Origin: Scenedesmus sp. PABB004
Taxonomy: Eukaryota
DNA: 64,000 nucleotides
Assembly (NCBI GenBank): GCA_014905635.1
Contig: CM026548.1
Coordinates: 124,001-188,000 of the forward strand
Direction of reading: 5' to 3'
This document shows, in pieces, positions 9,906 through 22,684 of this stretch (position 1 is its first letter; every line of letters begins with the position of its first letter). Under the pieces are notes generated by a model. That model was not told the origin of the DNA and ran no database searches. It saw nothing but the letters and a program-made list of their open reading frames with translations. Position numbers and translations under genes: made by a program.

Positions 9906-12900
9906 TCAGCCATCCTGCGGCGGCCGCCAGTCCAGCGGCACGTGCACCGCACCCAGCGCTCCCCCGCGGCCGTCCCCGCCGCCGCCGGTCTGCGCCGCCG
10001 CCCAGGCGCGGGCCAGCCGCGCGTGCAGCAGGGCCGCCCCGAGCGGCCGCGGCGGCTCGCCGCTGCTGTGCATGGCCGCCGGGCATGCCAGCAGCAGCTG
10101 CTGCTCCCGCGCGGCGGTGCCGCCGTCGGGGCACTCACCACGTGGCTGCACGCAGGGCGTCAGCGCCAGCGGCCGCTGCAGCGCCCCGGGCCAGCGCGCG
10201 CCGCCCGGCGGCGGCTGCACCAGCCACGCGCCCAGCAGCAGGCGCGCGGGCTGCGCCGCCGGTGACTGCTCGCCGCCGTCCTCGCCGTGGGCCGGCGGGT
10301 CGGGCGGCACCACGACTCCGCTGCAGCTGCCGCCGGCCGCTGTGGCGCCTCGCAGCCAGCCGTCCAGCGCGACGTGGGCCGCCCAGAGCTCGCCGCTCAC
10401 GCCCGCGGGCTTGCCGCCGCCGCCGCTGCCGCCGCCGCCGCCGTCGCCGCCGCCAGGGGCCTGCTCCACAGTGTGCGTGGCCAGCCAGCGCTGCCATGCC
10501 GCGTCCGTGCGCGCCAGCAGGAGCGGCGGCAGCACCTCGCGTGCCATGTCAGTGCCGTCCTGGCCCAGCAGGCGCTGCGAGGGGGCAAGGGGGCGCGGCG
10601 ACGCGGCGGTTAGGGCGCACGGCCGGCGCGGCCGGCCGCGCCCCGCACGCCGCCCTCGCCACACCTGCGCCGCCGCCACCGCCAGCAGCTGATCGCCCTC
10701 GAGCCGCTGCCACGCGCCGCCGGCCAGGCCAACCAGCAGCCAGCCCAGGGCCGCGACGTCCAGCGCGCCCAGCACCGCGAGGCCCCACAGCGCGCGCACC
10801 GCCTCGGCGGCGCTCAGCGGCCGGCGCGCCGCGCGGCGCCGGCGCCGGCGCTCCGCGGCGTCGCCGGCTGCGTCGGCGGCCGTGCCTGAGCCATCGCCGT
10901 CGCCATCGCCGCCCCCGTCGCCGCCGCCGGCGGTCGCCAGCAGCAGCGCCTCCGCCACCGGCGCCAACGCCCCCGGCGGCGGCGCAGCGCCGAGCTGCGC
11001 GCTGGCAAACAGCAGCGCCACCAGCTCGCTCGGCGGCAGGCGCGCGGCGGGGTCATCGGCCCACGCCGCCGCCGCGAGCGCGGGCAGCACCTGCGGCCCC
11101 GGGTGGTGCGCCAGCACCGCGAGGGCGCCCAGCACCGCCGTTGCGTCGCGCGCGCGCTCGGCAGGCGGCTGCTCTGCCTCCTCTCCGAGCGCGAGCAGCA
11201 GCGCCGGCCCCAGCGCGGACAGCGTGGCCTGCGGCGGCGCGAAGCCCAGCTCCACGTGGGCGCGCAGCAGCGCAGCCGCGTGGCCCAGGCTCCAGTGGCA
11301 GTATGCTGACCCCGGGCCGCCGTAGCCGCCGCCGGGCGCGTGGCGCAGCTCCACCGCCGCCGCCGCGGCGCGGGCCGCCTGCAGGTCGAGCGCGGACAGC
11401 AGCTCCGGCACCGCGACGCTCCGGTGGCGGCGTGGCAGCGCCGCAAACGCGCCGGCGACCGCGGCGAGCTGCGCGGGGCTGCTCGGCGCCTGCACGTGCC
11501 GTGCGCGCACGCGCTTGGCCAGCCAGCCCGCGACCGCGTCAAACAGGCGCGGCGCGGGGCCGTCGGCATAGTCGAGCTGCGCGTAGCTGGTCACCAGGCT
11601 GACCACGCCCTCCACGCTGAAGCAGCTCCCGCCGCCCGCGCTGTGGCGGTTGGACAGCTGGCGGTAGGCCTCGTGCGCGACCGCGTCGAGCAGCGGCGCC
11701 GTGCCGGCGCCGCGGTGCCCCGCCGCCGCGAGGCCCGCCAGCGCGTCGGCGAGGTCGTCGGCGTGGAACGGGTCCAGCAGCGCCGAGCCAGACGCGCCGC
11801 CGGCGCGCACCAGGCCCGGCGGCGGCTCCTCGGTGTTGTTCGAGTACCGGACGAGCGCCGCGACGTGCCCCGCGAGCCGGCCGACGCACGCGCCGCGCGC
11901 CGCCGGCGCGGCGCCCGCGCCGCGCTGCAGGCGCTCCAGCTGCCCGCACGCCCAGAGCAGCGAGACCGCGTCCTGGCCGCGGCGGCAGCAGATGGCGGCG
12001 GCGGCGGGCGTCGGCGGCAGCCCGCGTCGGCCGCAGGACGCGGCGGCGCGCGCGCTCACCCCGCGCGACAGGGTGGCGAGGTCGCAGCTGCCGCCCACGG
12101 CGGCGACCGCGTCCACCAGCGTCACGCAGCCGGGGCTGAGGTACCAGCAGGGCTGCTGCTGCTCGCCGGGGGCGCGGCTGCAGTCGAGCGCGTGCACGGC
12201 GAGCGCGAACGCCATGTCCGCAACGGCGCTGACGCTCGCGCTCGCCGCGCGCTGCGCCTGCTGCGGCGGTCCCTGCTGCTGCGGCCCTCGCTGCGCCGCC
12301 TCCTGCAGCTGCGCCGTGAGGGCCGCCGCCGCCGCCGCCGCAATGCCCGGCAGCGCCGCGTGCGCCTCGGCCGCGCCGCCCGGCCACTCTGCGCGCTCGT
12401 GCAGCTGCACCAGCAGCCGGAAGAGCAGCCGCACCCAGTGCGCCGCGCGCCAGGGTAGGTCGCCCGAGGTCTCGGCCAGCTCCAGCAGCGCCTCAGGGCC
12501 GTCGGCGGCCGCCAGCTCCGACATGAGCGCCTCGGCGCTCGGGCCAGCTGCTGCTGGCGCGCTCGCCCCGCCGCCCGCCGCCGCGCCCGCGCCGCCGCGC
12601 TCGCCCTCGTGCGAGCCCCAGTACCAGTCGTGCTCGGCGGGCTGGCAGGGGCACGGGCGGGGTGGAGTGCGTGAGCCGCGTGAGCGATGGCAGCAGCGGC
12701 AGCGGCGCGCGAGGGTTGTCGCCCCGGCGGCGCCTGCTGCGCGGTGCAACTGTCCCACGCGCCCCCACCTGCACCACGCGCATCCAGCGGTTGCTCGGTG
12801 GAGCGGCCGCCGCCAGGAGGCGCCACGGCGCGCAGCGGCGGCGGCGACATCCGCTGCTGCCGCCCGCGGCGCCGGCGCGCGTCGCTGGGGGCGGCGCCCT

Positions 12901-12909
12901 GCATCGCAT
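9906..12909 (-). CDS. Helical-repeat (OPR-like) protein, probably an organellar RNA-binding protein (~4 exons)
   Basis: Degenerate repeats such as FHADDLADALAGLAAAGH, FSVEGVVSLVTSYAQLDY, LPPSELVALLFASAQLGAAPP, LSAAEAVRALWGLAVLG. Transit-like N-terminus MRCRAPPPATR joins PAEHDWYW in phase 0. Confidence 0.6.
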
Positions 12910-13035
12910 CGCGCTGCAGAGCTGCGAGGTGCACGTCGTGCTGGCACGAGCTGGGCGAGAGCTGGCTGGCGAGCCGCACCCCGCGGCGAGCGCCGGCCGC
13001 TGCGCGCACGGCGCAGGGGCCGCCGCGAGCGGCGC

Positions 13036-13040
13036 TTACA
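13036..13040 (-). terminator. Putative poly(A) signal TGTAA for the ACS-like gene
   Basis: TTACA on the + strand about 100 nt past the stop. Confidence 0.55.
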
Positions 13041-13138
13041 GGGAGAGCACCACTCGCGCGCAGGCCGCACGCCTAAGGAATTGACTCGGGGAGCCGCTGC
13101 GCCTAACACAAAAAAAAGCCCTGACGCGCCGCCGCGCG

Positions 13139-15183
13139 TCAGCTCGCCGCCGGGGCGCGCGCCGCGCGGAAGTCGTCGACCGCCGCGACGATGCGCCGCA
13201 CCGCCTCCGGCAGGCTCTCCGTGGGCGGCCAGGCGAAGCAGATTCGGAAAAAGCCGGGCTCGGCCGCGGCGCAGCAGGAGCCTGCGCGCGGTGCGGCGGC
13301 GGCGGGCGGCTCACGGACGGGGCGAGCGGCGGCGCGCCGTGCCTCCGCCGCCGGGCAGGTGCGTGCCGCCGCTGCGGCAAGGGGCGCGGCTCACCGGGCG
13401 TGAGCAGGACCTTGTGCTGCTCGACCATGCAGCGCCACAGCGCGTCCTCGTCCGCCCAGCTGCCGGCGCCGCCGTCGAACGCGGCGCGCAGGTCCACCCA
13501 GCAGAACATGGCGGCCACCGCGGGCACGTGCGGGATGCCGGCCGCGTCCAGCGCGCCTGCGCACCGAACGCAGCGGCGGCGGCTGAGCGGCGGCCGGGCG
13601 CGCGCGCGGCGCCGAGGCTGGGCGCGACGGCCGCGCTGCTGCGCAGCGACGCGCGCACCCGTGAGGCTCTCGTACGCTGCCCGGAGGCGGGCCCGGTTGG
13701 TTTGGAAGAAGCCGGCCAGCCAATCCTTGTCGCCCAGCAGCGACGCGAGCGCCCACTGCAACGGCGCGGGCGTGCTGCGCACGGCGCGCGGGTGGCGGCG
13801 CCGCGGGCCGCGTGGGGACGCCGCGCCGGCCCGACGCTGCAGCCCCACGCGCGCCGCAGTGCCGCGGCAGCGCCACCCCGCCGCCGGCGCCGCACCTGCA
13901 AAAGTACGAAGCGTTGTCTATCGCGCGGTTGAGCGCCTCGTTGCGGCTCCACAGGCAGCCGACGCGCAGCCCGCTCGCGCAAAAGTCCTTTGACATGCCA
14001 AACACCACGTGCACCAGCGAGTCTGGGCGCGAGCGCAGCGGCGCCAGCGGCGGCGGCGGCGCGGGGCACTCAGCGCCATGCGCGCGCGGCGCGCGGCCGG
14101 GCCGCTGCTTGCCGGCGAGCAAGCGACCGCGTACGCACCCGCGAGGCCGCCGTCGGGCCAGCCGGCCGCCTCCTGCGTGACCAGCTGCGCGGCGCTGATG
14201 AACTCGGCGCGCTCGTCAAAGACCGAGTTGGCGTAGATCTCATCACTGATGCAGTGCACGCGGTTGGCGAGGCACCAGCGCACCATGCTGCGCAGCTGCG
14301 CGCGGCTGAGCAGCGTGCCCTGCGGGTTGGAGGGGTGCGTGAAGAGCAGCGCCGCGACCGGCTGCCCCGCCGCCGCGGCCGCGGCCGCCGCGGCGTCGAG
14401 CGCGGCCCCGTAGTCCTGGTCGCACGCGTCCAGCTGCACGGGGCGCGCCGTGACCGCGTTGCGGATCTGCGGGGCCCGACACGCGCGCGCGCAGGCGGCG
14501 GGCAGCGCGTCAGCGCGCGCGCGTGCAGCTGCCCAGGCGGCGCAACACACGCCGCGCCGCGCGCCGCGCGCCGCACCTCCAGGTCGTTGGGAAACGCAGC
14601 GTACCAGGGCGCCGGGATGAGCACGCCCGCGCCCGGGGGCGCGAGGCAGTGGAACAGCACGTCCAGCACGCTGCCCGCGCCGCTCAGCACGCTGAGCTCC
14701 TGCGGCTGCACGGGCACGCCGGCCATGAACGTGTCACGCAGCAGCCCCACCAGCGCGGCGCGCAGCTCGGGAATGCCCCGCATGTCCTGGTAGTGCAGCA
14801 GGTGCTCCGGGAACGCGCCGCCGTGCTTCGCGAGCCCCGCCGCGACCAGGTCACACGAGAGCCGGTTCTCCGCCACCACGCACGCGATCGTGCCGCCGGG
14901 GTTGTCGGCCGACCTGCGCCGGCGGCGGCGCCAGGGGGCTCAGACGGCGGCCGCCGTCGGCGCCCGGCCCCAGCGAGCGACGGCAGCAGCGACCGCTGCT
15001 CCTGGCGCCGCTGCCGCGCGCTGCTGTGCTGCCTGCGCTGCCTGCTGCAGCTTCGGAGGAGGAGCGGGAGGTGCTGACAACGCACCACTGATCGTTGAGG
15101 GCGGCCGCGAACGCAGACCAGTACGGCAGCGCCGGCTGCAGGGCTCGAGCGGCGCGCGGCGCCAGGAACCCATCGCTGGCCAT
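13139..15183 (-). CDS. ACC-synthase-like PLP-dependent class I/II aminotransferase (7 exons)
   Basis: VAENRL, HYQDMRG, PAPWYAAFPND, THPSNPQG, ISDEIYANSVF, GMSKDFCASGLRVG (PLP lysine), EPGFFRICFA. Confidence 0.9.
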
Positions 15184-15323
15184 GCTGGCGAGCCTGCAGG
15201 GCGCTCACAGTGCGGATCTGGGGGGAGTGGACCGCGAGCTTTCGGCTGTTGCGCGAAAGGGGCCGCGGGCGGCTTTACTCGCGCGCCGGTCACTTTTCGG
15301 GTTCCGCAGCACTCGACGCCCGC

Positions 15324-15361
15324 TCACTGGCTCTGGGGTTTCACTGGCTCTGGGGTTTCAC
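15324..15361. repeat. 17-nt tandem duplication (TCACTGGCTCTGGGGTT x2) overlapping the VIR3 stop codon
   Basis: Copies at 15324-15340 and 15341-15357, followed by TCAC. Confidence 0.9.
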
Positions 15362-17272
15362 GCCCTCGATGATCTGCACCACGGCGTCCACGGGGTCGCC
15401 GCGCGCGATCGCCTCCTGCACGGCTTGGTGCTCCGCGCTGCGGGCGTGGCGCGGCGCGGTCAGTGTGTGCCGCCTGTCGAGCGTCACTTCCCCCCCCCCC
15501 GCCCACCCCCCCCACACACACACGCGCGCGCAAGCACACCTGTACTGCTTCAGCAGCGCGGCGGCGCGCCACACCGCCCAGCGCGTGATGTTCTGCTGCT
15601 GCGCCGCGCTGAGCTTGGTCCGGCTGCGCAGCAGGATGCGCTGCAGGTCGCTCAGGTCGGCCGTCTGGCCCATCACCTCATCGTACCGCAGCCCCTCCGC
15701 CGCGATGCCTGCGGCGGCAGCGCGTGCAGGGTGCGGCGCGCGCGTTTGCCGGGCAACGCGGCGCGGCGACGCGCGGCGCGCGCGCGGCGCGCGGGGCGCG
15801 GCGCGCCGCCGCGCCCGCACCCGCGACCGCGACGACGGAAAGCGCGTCGATCTCGGCGTCGCTCAGGTCCCGCGTGATTATGCGCGCCTGCAGCCTGCGG
15901 GCACGGCGCGGCGGCGCGGCGGCGCGGCGCGTGCGGCGCGTGCGGCACGGCGTCAGCGCGGGCCCCTTGGCTGCGCCGCGCCGCCGCCGGCCTGGACGCG
16001 CGCGCGCGGCGCCAACGCCGGCGCCGGCGCCGCCGGCCGCACGACACGCACTTGGCCTCCGCAAACTCAACGTGCTCCTTGCCGATGCCGAGGCCGTAGT
16101 TGGTCACCGGCACGCCCATGAGGTAGCCTGCGGGCGGGCGGGTGCGCGCGTGTGTGAGCGAGCGCGCGGCCAGCGCACGCAACGCGGCGCGCCGCAGCAG
16201 ACGCGGCGGGGGCGGCCCACCGAGCAGCAGGTGCGCTGCCTCGTGCGCGACGACGCGGTCGCGGTAGTCCGGAAAGACCTGGCTGAACTTGTCAATGAAG
16301 ACCTGGGCGGAAGGAGAAGGGTTCAAGGCAGAAGAGAGGCAGGGGAGCGGGACGGGCGTGGCCGGGCGGCAGGTGCGGCGGGCGCGGCGGGCGCGGCGGG
16401 CGCGGCGGGCGCGGCGCGCCCTGGGCGGCGGCGGCGGGCGCCCACCTGCAGCAGCCCTGGCGCGGTTGAGCCGATCGCCAGGACGACGAGGACGGTGCTG
16501 CCGATGAGGTAGCTGCTGAAGAATCCCCAATCGCCGGGCAGTTGCCCCGCGGCGACGGCGAGCACGCTCACCACGCCTGGTGCGGGGGTGGGCGCGGGCG
16601 CGGCGTGGGCGCGGCGTGCATGCGGGGCCGCGGCGTGGGCCGCGCGCCGCCCTGGCGGCTCACCGACGGTGGTGTAGAGGAACGCGGCGTCGTTGCGCAC
16701 GCTGCGCGGCGGCCGGGCGGGCGCGCGGCGCGGACGCGCTCGGCGCGGCGGCGGGGCGCGCAGCCTTGCGCGCGGCGCGGCGTGTGTCGCGCCTGGGCGT
16801 GGCGATGGTGTCGGGCGACTTGATACCCATCTGCTTCAGCTCGCCCATGAACACGTTGCGCCGCGCGGCGGGGCCGCCCGCGTCGCCGCCGGCCTCGTCG
16901 GGCGCCTCGGCGCCCCACTTGGGGACGAGGCCGGCCGCCTTGAGCGTGTTCATGGCGCGCAGCACGTCGGCGCTGTACTCAAACTTCTGCGGCGGCGCGC
17001 GGCGCCCGCGGCGGCGCCCGCGGTGTGGGACGCAGGCGGGCGGGCGGCTGCTGCCGCCGCGCAAGGCGCACCATGCTGGGCGGCGCCTTCTTGAAGGCCG
17101 CGCAGGACGCCTGGAGCTCGCCGAAGAGCACGGCGCGGTCGGCGGTGGCGGCGCTGCTGCTGCGCGCGGGCCCGCCGCGCTGGCGCAGCGCCGGCGCGCC
17201 GGGCGCGGCGCGCCGGCTGCAGGGAGCCGGCGGGCGCGTGCCAAACGGCGCTGGGGCGCGGAGGAGCTGCAT
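15341..17272 (-). CDS. VIR3: Chloroplast M41-like zinc metalloprotease, VIRESCENT3 homolog (9 exons)
   Basis: SVRNDAAFL, QLPGDWGFF, PDYRDRVVAHEAAH (HExxH), IGKEHV, AAEGLRYDEVMGQTADL, QQQNITRWA. One GC-AG intron at 16702-16792. Confidence 0.9.
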
Positions 17273-17608
17273 TGCGGGGGACAGCCTGGCGCGGGTGGTG
17301 GCTGGACAGAAGCGGGTGGAGCGCGTGACGGCACGGCAGGCGGATCGGAGAGGTGTGGAGAGTGTCAAAGCGGCCGGCGCGCTGGCTGCTCGGCGGCGCA
17401 GCGGGCTGTGGGAGCTCAAAGCCCGCGGTCCGAACCGCCCAGCACCCGCAACGCACTCGTCCGCCCGCCCCACAGTCGCCCCGTCACCAGGCCGCCCACG
17501 AGCCCCCGCTGATCGAGCCTCCGCGCCTCGGCGGCGGCAGCGACAGCAGCAGCGGCGTCAGCAGCAGCGGCGTGGGCGAGCGCAGCCGCCCCCGATCGCC
17601 CGGCCGCG

Positions 17609-19778
17609 ATGCGGCGCGGTGCCTGCGCCCTGGCCGCCGCGGCGGCCGCGCAGCGGGCGCTGGCGGGGCAGGTCTGGGCGGCGGCGGGCGGTGCGGCGTG
17701 GCAGCAGCCGACGCGCTGCTCGCTCCACGCCGGCGCGGGCCCCGGCGGCGACGGCCCGCCCGCGGAGCTCTTCGACCGGTGCGCGGCGGGCGGCAGCCGG
17801 CGCCGCGCGCGCCGCCCGGCGGCGCCGTGCCGACGCTGCGCGCGGGGGCCCGGCCGCGCCGCCCGCGCAGGCAGCGCAAGGCGGCGCAGCGCGACCGCGC
17901 GGCGGCGCTGCGGTGCGCGCTGCACCGCCCCGACCCGCTGCTGCGGCACATCACCGAGCGCCTGCTCGACCGGCTCGAGGACTGCGTCGCGCGCTTCCCG
18001 ACCGCGCTCGTGCTCGGCGGCGCGGGCGAGGTCGTCGCGGAGGGCCTCGCCGGCGGGCGCGCCGGCGTGCGCCGCGTCATCCACATGGACACGAGCCCCG
18101 CGATGCTCGCGCTCGCGCGGGTGCGCGCCGCGCGCGCGCGCGGGGCGCGGGCGGCGCAGGCCGCGCGGCGCGCGGCGCCCCGCGCGGCGCTGGCGGCGCG
18201 TCGACGCGCCGGCGCCGCCGGCGCGCTGATGCTTCTTGCAGGAGCGCGCGGCCGAGTACGTCGCGCGGCACCCGCACAGCAGCTGGCCGGAGACCTCCTA
18301 CGTGCTCGCCGACGAGGAGCACCTCCCCCTCGCGCCGGGCAGCGTCGACCGTGAGCCCGATGCGTGGCGCCGCCGTGTGCCGCGGCGCCGCGCGCGACCG
18401 CCCGCGGCCGGACGGCGCGCGCGCCCGCCGACGGCGAACGCGCCCGCCCGCCCGCCCGCGCGCGCCGCAGTGGTGGTGAGCTGCCTGGGGCTGCACTGGG
18501 TGAACGATGTGCCGGTGAGCGCGCCGCCGCCGCGGGCCGGCCCCGCCCGCAGCGACCGGCCGCGGCGTCAGCGCCAGCGCCCGCGCCAGCGCGGCACCGT
18601 CCCTCTAGTCGGTGGCTGGCCGAAGTTGTGGCCTGCCCGCTGTAAAAGGCGACGAACAGCGAAGCAGCCCGCGGCGGCGCGCGGCCGCCTCACGGCGCCG
18701 CGCGGCGCCGCGGGGGTGTGGTGAACAGTGGTGTGCTGGCGAGGCCAGCAGCACACGGCTACAACTGCACGCACATGCCGGGGCCGGGCCGTCCGGGGGC
18801 GCGCCGCGCCGCAGCGGCCGGGCCCCGCGCCGCCGCGCCACGCGCGCTGCGCCCACCGCGCCGCGCCGCGCCGCGCCGCGCAGGGCGCGCTGGCGCAGGT
18901 GCGCCGCGCGCTCAAGCCAGACGGCCTCTTCCTGGGCGCGATGCTGGGCGGCCAGACGCTGCAGGTGCGCCCGGCGAGCCGGCCCGCGCGCGCCTCGCTC
19001 GCTCGCTCGCCGGTCGGCGCGGCGCGGCGCGGTGCGGCGCGGCACGGCATGGCGCGGCGCCGAGGCGCCCCGCCCGCGCCGCCCGGCGCGCCGCAGGAGC
19101 TGCGCATCTCCTGCAGCCTCGCGCAGCAGGAGCGCGAGGGCGGCGTGTCGCCGTTTGTCTCGCCGCTCGCGCAGGTGCGCGACGCGGGCAACCTGCTCAC
19201 GCGCGCGGCGCTCGCGCTGCCCACGGTGGACGTCGACACCTTTGTGATGCGCTACAGCGGCGCGGCCGCGCTCGTCAGCCACCTGCGGCTCATGGCCGAG
19301 GGCGCGGCGCTGCGCGTGGCGTCGCGCGGCGCGCTGCGCCGCGACACCGCGCTCGCGGCGGCAGCGGCCTACCAGGCGCTCTACTGCGACGAGGAGGAGG
19401 CGGAGGGCGACCACATCGCCGCGACGTACCAGGCGCGCGCGGCGCAGCCGCGCGCCGGCGGCGGAGCCCACTCGCAGCTCGCCGCGGCGGTCGGGCGCGG
19501 CGCGCCACCGAGACCGACCCTGCCGCCGCCGCCGCCTCTGCTTCTTCCGCTCCTGCTGCCGCGTCGTCGTGTGTCGTGCTGGCCCGCCGCAGGTCATCTT
19601 CATGACGGGGTGGTGCCCCAGCAGCAGCACGCCGCGCGCCGCGGCGCGCGGCAGCGGCACCGTGAGCTTCCAGGAGATGGCCGCCGCGCTCGCCGCGCGG
19701 GGAGCGACCGCGGGCAGCGCCGGTGGCGACGGCGAGGGCGGCGGCGAGCCGGCGGCGGGCAGCGGGGGCGGCGCCTGA
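17609..19778 (+). CDS. NDUFAF5: Mitochondrial complex I assembly factor NDUFAF5, SAM-dependent methyltransferase fold (7 exons)
   Basis: LFDR|QRKAAQRDRAA, RLLDRLEDC, DEEHLP, LGLHWVNDVP, LKPDGLF, EREGGVSPFVSP, ATYQ|VIFMTGW. GC-AG intron at 19433-19592. Confidence 0.93.
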
Positions 19779-20102
19779 GCGGGGCGACGCAGGAGTTGAG
19801 CCCTGCGCGAACGAACGCCGGCCGCTGCGACCGCCCGCCGCTCGCGGAACACTCGCACCAATCGCCGAGCTGTCGCAGCAGCAGAGCCAACGCAGCTCGA
19901 GCGGGCTAGACACCCCACACTGCTGCCGCTGCTGCCGCTGCCGCAGCGGCCGCGCAGTCGCATGGCACCGTGATCGCGCCCCGCGTCCGCCTGTGACGCG
20001 TGCCCCCGACGCGCCGACGCGGCAGCGGCTGCCGCGGCGGCGGCACCGCGCGTGGGCGACGGCGGCAGCAGCAGCGCGCGACGCGAGCCACCTCGCGCCG
20101 CG

Positions 20103-21090
20103 ATGGCGGGCAGCCGGTTCCTGGCGGCGCTGCCACACCGCATGGAGGCGGTGCGCCAGTTCACCCCCAGGTGTGTGCCCGCAACGGCCGTGGCCAGCCT
20201 CGCGGGCAGCCGCCGCTCGTCGAGCGCTTCCGCCGCCGCGCGGCCCTGGATCGCAAGCAGGTCGGAAAACCCTCGCCGCTGCCCCCCCCCCCTCTCCCCT
20301 GCAGCTGGTTCACGGTCAGCATGGGCACCGGCAGCCTGGGCGTGACTATCGCCGCGTTCCCCTTTCGCTTCGCCGGCCAGCAACCCATCGCGTGGGCGTT
20401 CTGGTGGCTCGCCGCCCTCCAGTTCATCGCCTGCTCGGCGCTGCTCGCCGGCCGCGCGCTGCTCTTCCCCGTCACCCTGCTCAAGCTCTTTGCCCACCCC
20501 AACCAATCCCTCTTCCTCGGCGCCATCCCCATGGCCCTCAGCACGATATCAAACGGCGTGGTCATCTTCTGGACGCCGCAGTGAGCCGCGCCGCGCGGCA
20601 CGCGCCGCGCGCCGCACGCCGCCGCCGCCGGCGCGGCGCCGCGCCACCGCCCGCGCTGCGCGCGCGCCAGGCCCGGCCACGCCGCCCGCGCACGCTCCCG
20701 CGCCCGCGCCCGCGCCCGCGTGCGCACGCACGCGCAGCTTTGGCTTCTCGGCCACCACCGCCGCGCACGTCCTGTTCTGGGTCAACCTGCCGTGCGTCCT
20801 CCTGTGCATCCTGCTCATGCCGCTGACCATGTTCATCATCCACACCCACGAGTCGCACACCATGTCCGCCGCGTGGCTCCTGCCGGTCGTGCCCGCCGTC
20901 GTCGCAGCAAACTCGGCCGGCGTCATCGCCTCGGCGCTGCCACCGGAGGCCGCCGAGGCGGCGGTCGGGCTCTTATACGTCGGTGGGTGCCCCCAGCGCC
21001 GCGGCGGCGGGGCGCGGCGGCGGGGCGCGAGCGTGCGCGTGCTCGCCCGCGTCCAGCCCCGGCACCCACCGCGCCGCGCCCACCGCGCCG

Positions 21091-21126
<36 letters not shown>

Positions 21127-22354
21127 GCGTGGCGCTGCTGGGGATCGGCTTCCTGCTCGCCTATCAGGTGCCGGGGGGAGGCGGGCGGGGAGGGCCGCCG
21201 CCGCGCCGCCAAGCGCCGCCGCGCCAAGCGCCCGCCTGGCGAGCGCCTTCCCTTCCAGCGCCCGCCCGCCTCCCGCGCCCGCCCGCCTCCCGCCCGCCCT
21301 CCTCCCGCCCTCCTCCCGCCCACCTCCCTGCCCCACACAGGTGACGACGATCTACTACAACCGCCTCGCCTTGCATTGCTTGCCGGCACGGGAGGTGATC
21401 ATCAGCAGCTTCCTGCCCGTGAGCCCCATGGCCATGACGGCGTGGTGCGGCGCCGCCTCGGCCTCACGCTGCGCCGCGCGCGGCCGCGCCCGCCGCCGCA
21501 CGCGTGCCGGGCCCGGGCGGACGGGCAGCCGCGCTGCGCTCGCCGCCGCCGCGCAGGGCCGTGTTGAACCTCTCGGCCGCGGCGTCGCACGCTCTCGTCG
21601 ACTACGGCCGCGCCCACCCCGCCCACGCGCTGCTCGACCCCAACTGTGAGCCGCCGCGCCGGCGCGGCGGCGCGCGCGCCGCCCGGGCGCGCGCCTCGGA
21701 CCGCCACGCGCGCGCACCCGCGCGGGCCTCGAACCACCGCCGACGACACCACCGCAGGGCTGGCGAGCATGGCGCCCGGGTGGGCGGCGGTGTCGAGCGC
21801 GCTGGGGCTCTTCCTCTGGGGCTTTTCGACGTGGTGGCTCCTCGTGGCCGTCGCGAGCGTGAGCACCCTGTGTCGGACTGGTATTCCGTTCAACCTCGGC
21901 TGGTGGGGCAGCGTCTTCCCAGTTGGCGTCTGGACTGGTGGGCGGCGCCGCGGGGGCGCGTGCTCAAGCATACGCGCGCCGCGCGCGCGGCGCGCCGCCC
22001 GGCCCGACTCGGCCGACTTTTCCCCGCGCAGGCGTGACGCTGCATCTGGGGCGCGTGACGCACAGCAGCGCGCTGACCGCGATAGGCACGGGAGCGGTCT
22101 GCGTTCATGCTGGGCTCTGGCTCGCGGTCGCGACCCTGACCGCGCACCGCGGCTGGACCGGGCGCCTGTTTCACGCGCCGTGCCTGGCGTCCCCGGACGC
22201 GTGCGCGCTGCGCAGCCCGTCTGGGGAGGAGGACGGCGTCGAGGACGCGTGCAGCGTCGACCGGCACCTCTCGCAGGCGGCGTACGCCCGGCCCGAGTGC
22301 AGCAGCGACGGCGCCGCGCGCGGCGCGACCAGCCCCGCCGGCGCGGCGGCTTGA
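20103..22354 (+). CDS. TDT/SLAC1-superfamily transporter, Ssu1 sulfite-efflux / C4-dicarboxylate transporter-like (8 exons)
   Basis: FTPS|WFTVSMGTG, HPNQSLFLGAIPMALSTI, AAWLLPVVP, YYNRLALHCLP, PFNLGWWGSVFPVG, LFHAPCL; about 10 TM segments. Confidence 0.88.
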
Positions 22355-22679
22355 TGACGCAGGCGTTCGCCGCTGCGAACTTGCTGCTCTCCCTGGCTCT
22401 GCCGCTGGCGGGCATGGCCATGGCCTGGCCCCCAGACGCCCCACGCCGCGCAGGGAAGATCCGTTTGGATTAGCCGCCACCCGTCGGTGCTCGCCGGCCC
22501 GCCGCCCCGCGGTCTGAACGGTGCCGGCGCCTCGCACCCGCGCCGTCTGGACGGGAAGAGACCTGCGGACTGTCTCAAGTGGTTGCCTGGCCCTGCTCTG
22601 CACTGCCGCCGATTGATCGCGGTCCACACCGCCGGCACCTCTGTCACACATGCTCGCCTGCCGCTCCGTCATACATCGC

Positions 22680-22684
22680 TGTAA
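22680..22684 (+). terminator. Putative poly(A) signal TGTAA for the TDT gene
   Basis: About 325 nt downstream of the stop. Confidence 0.5.

Noticed and set aside
18641..18645. TGTAA as a poly(A) signal
   Set aside because: It lies inside an NDUFAF5 intron; there is no evidence for intronic polyadenylation.
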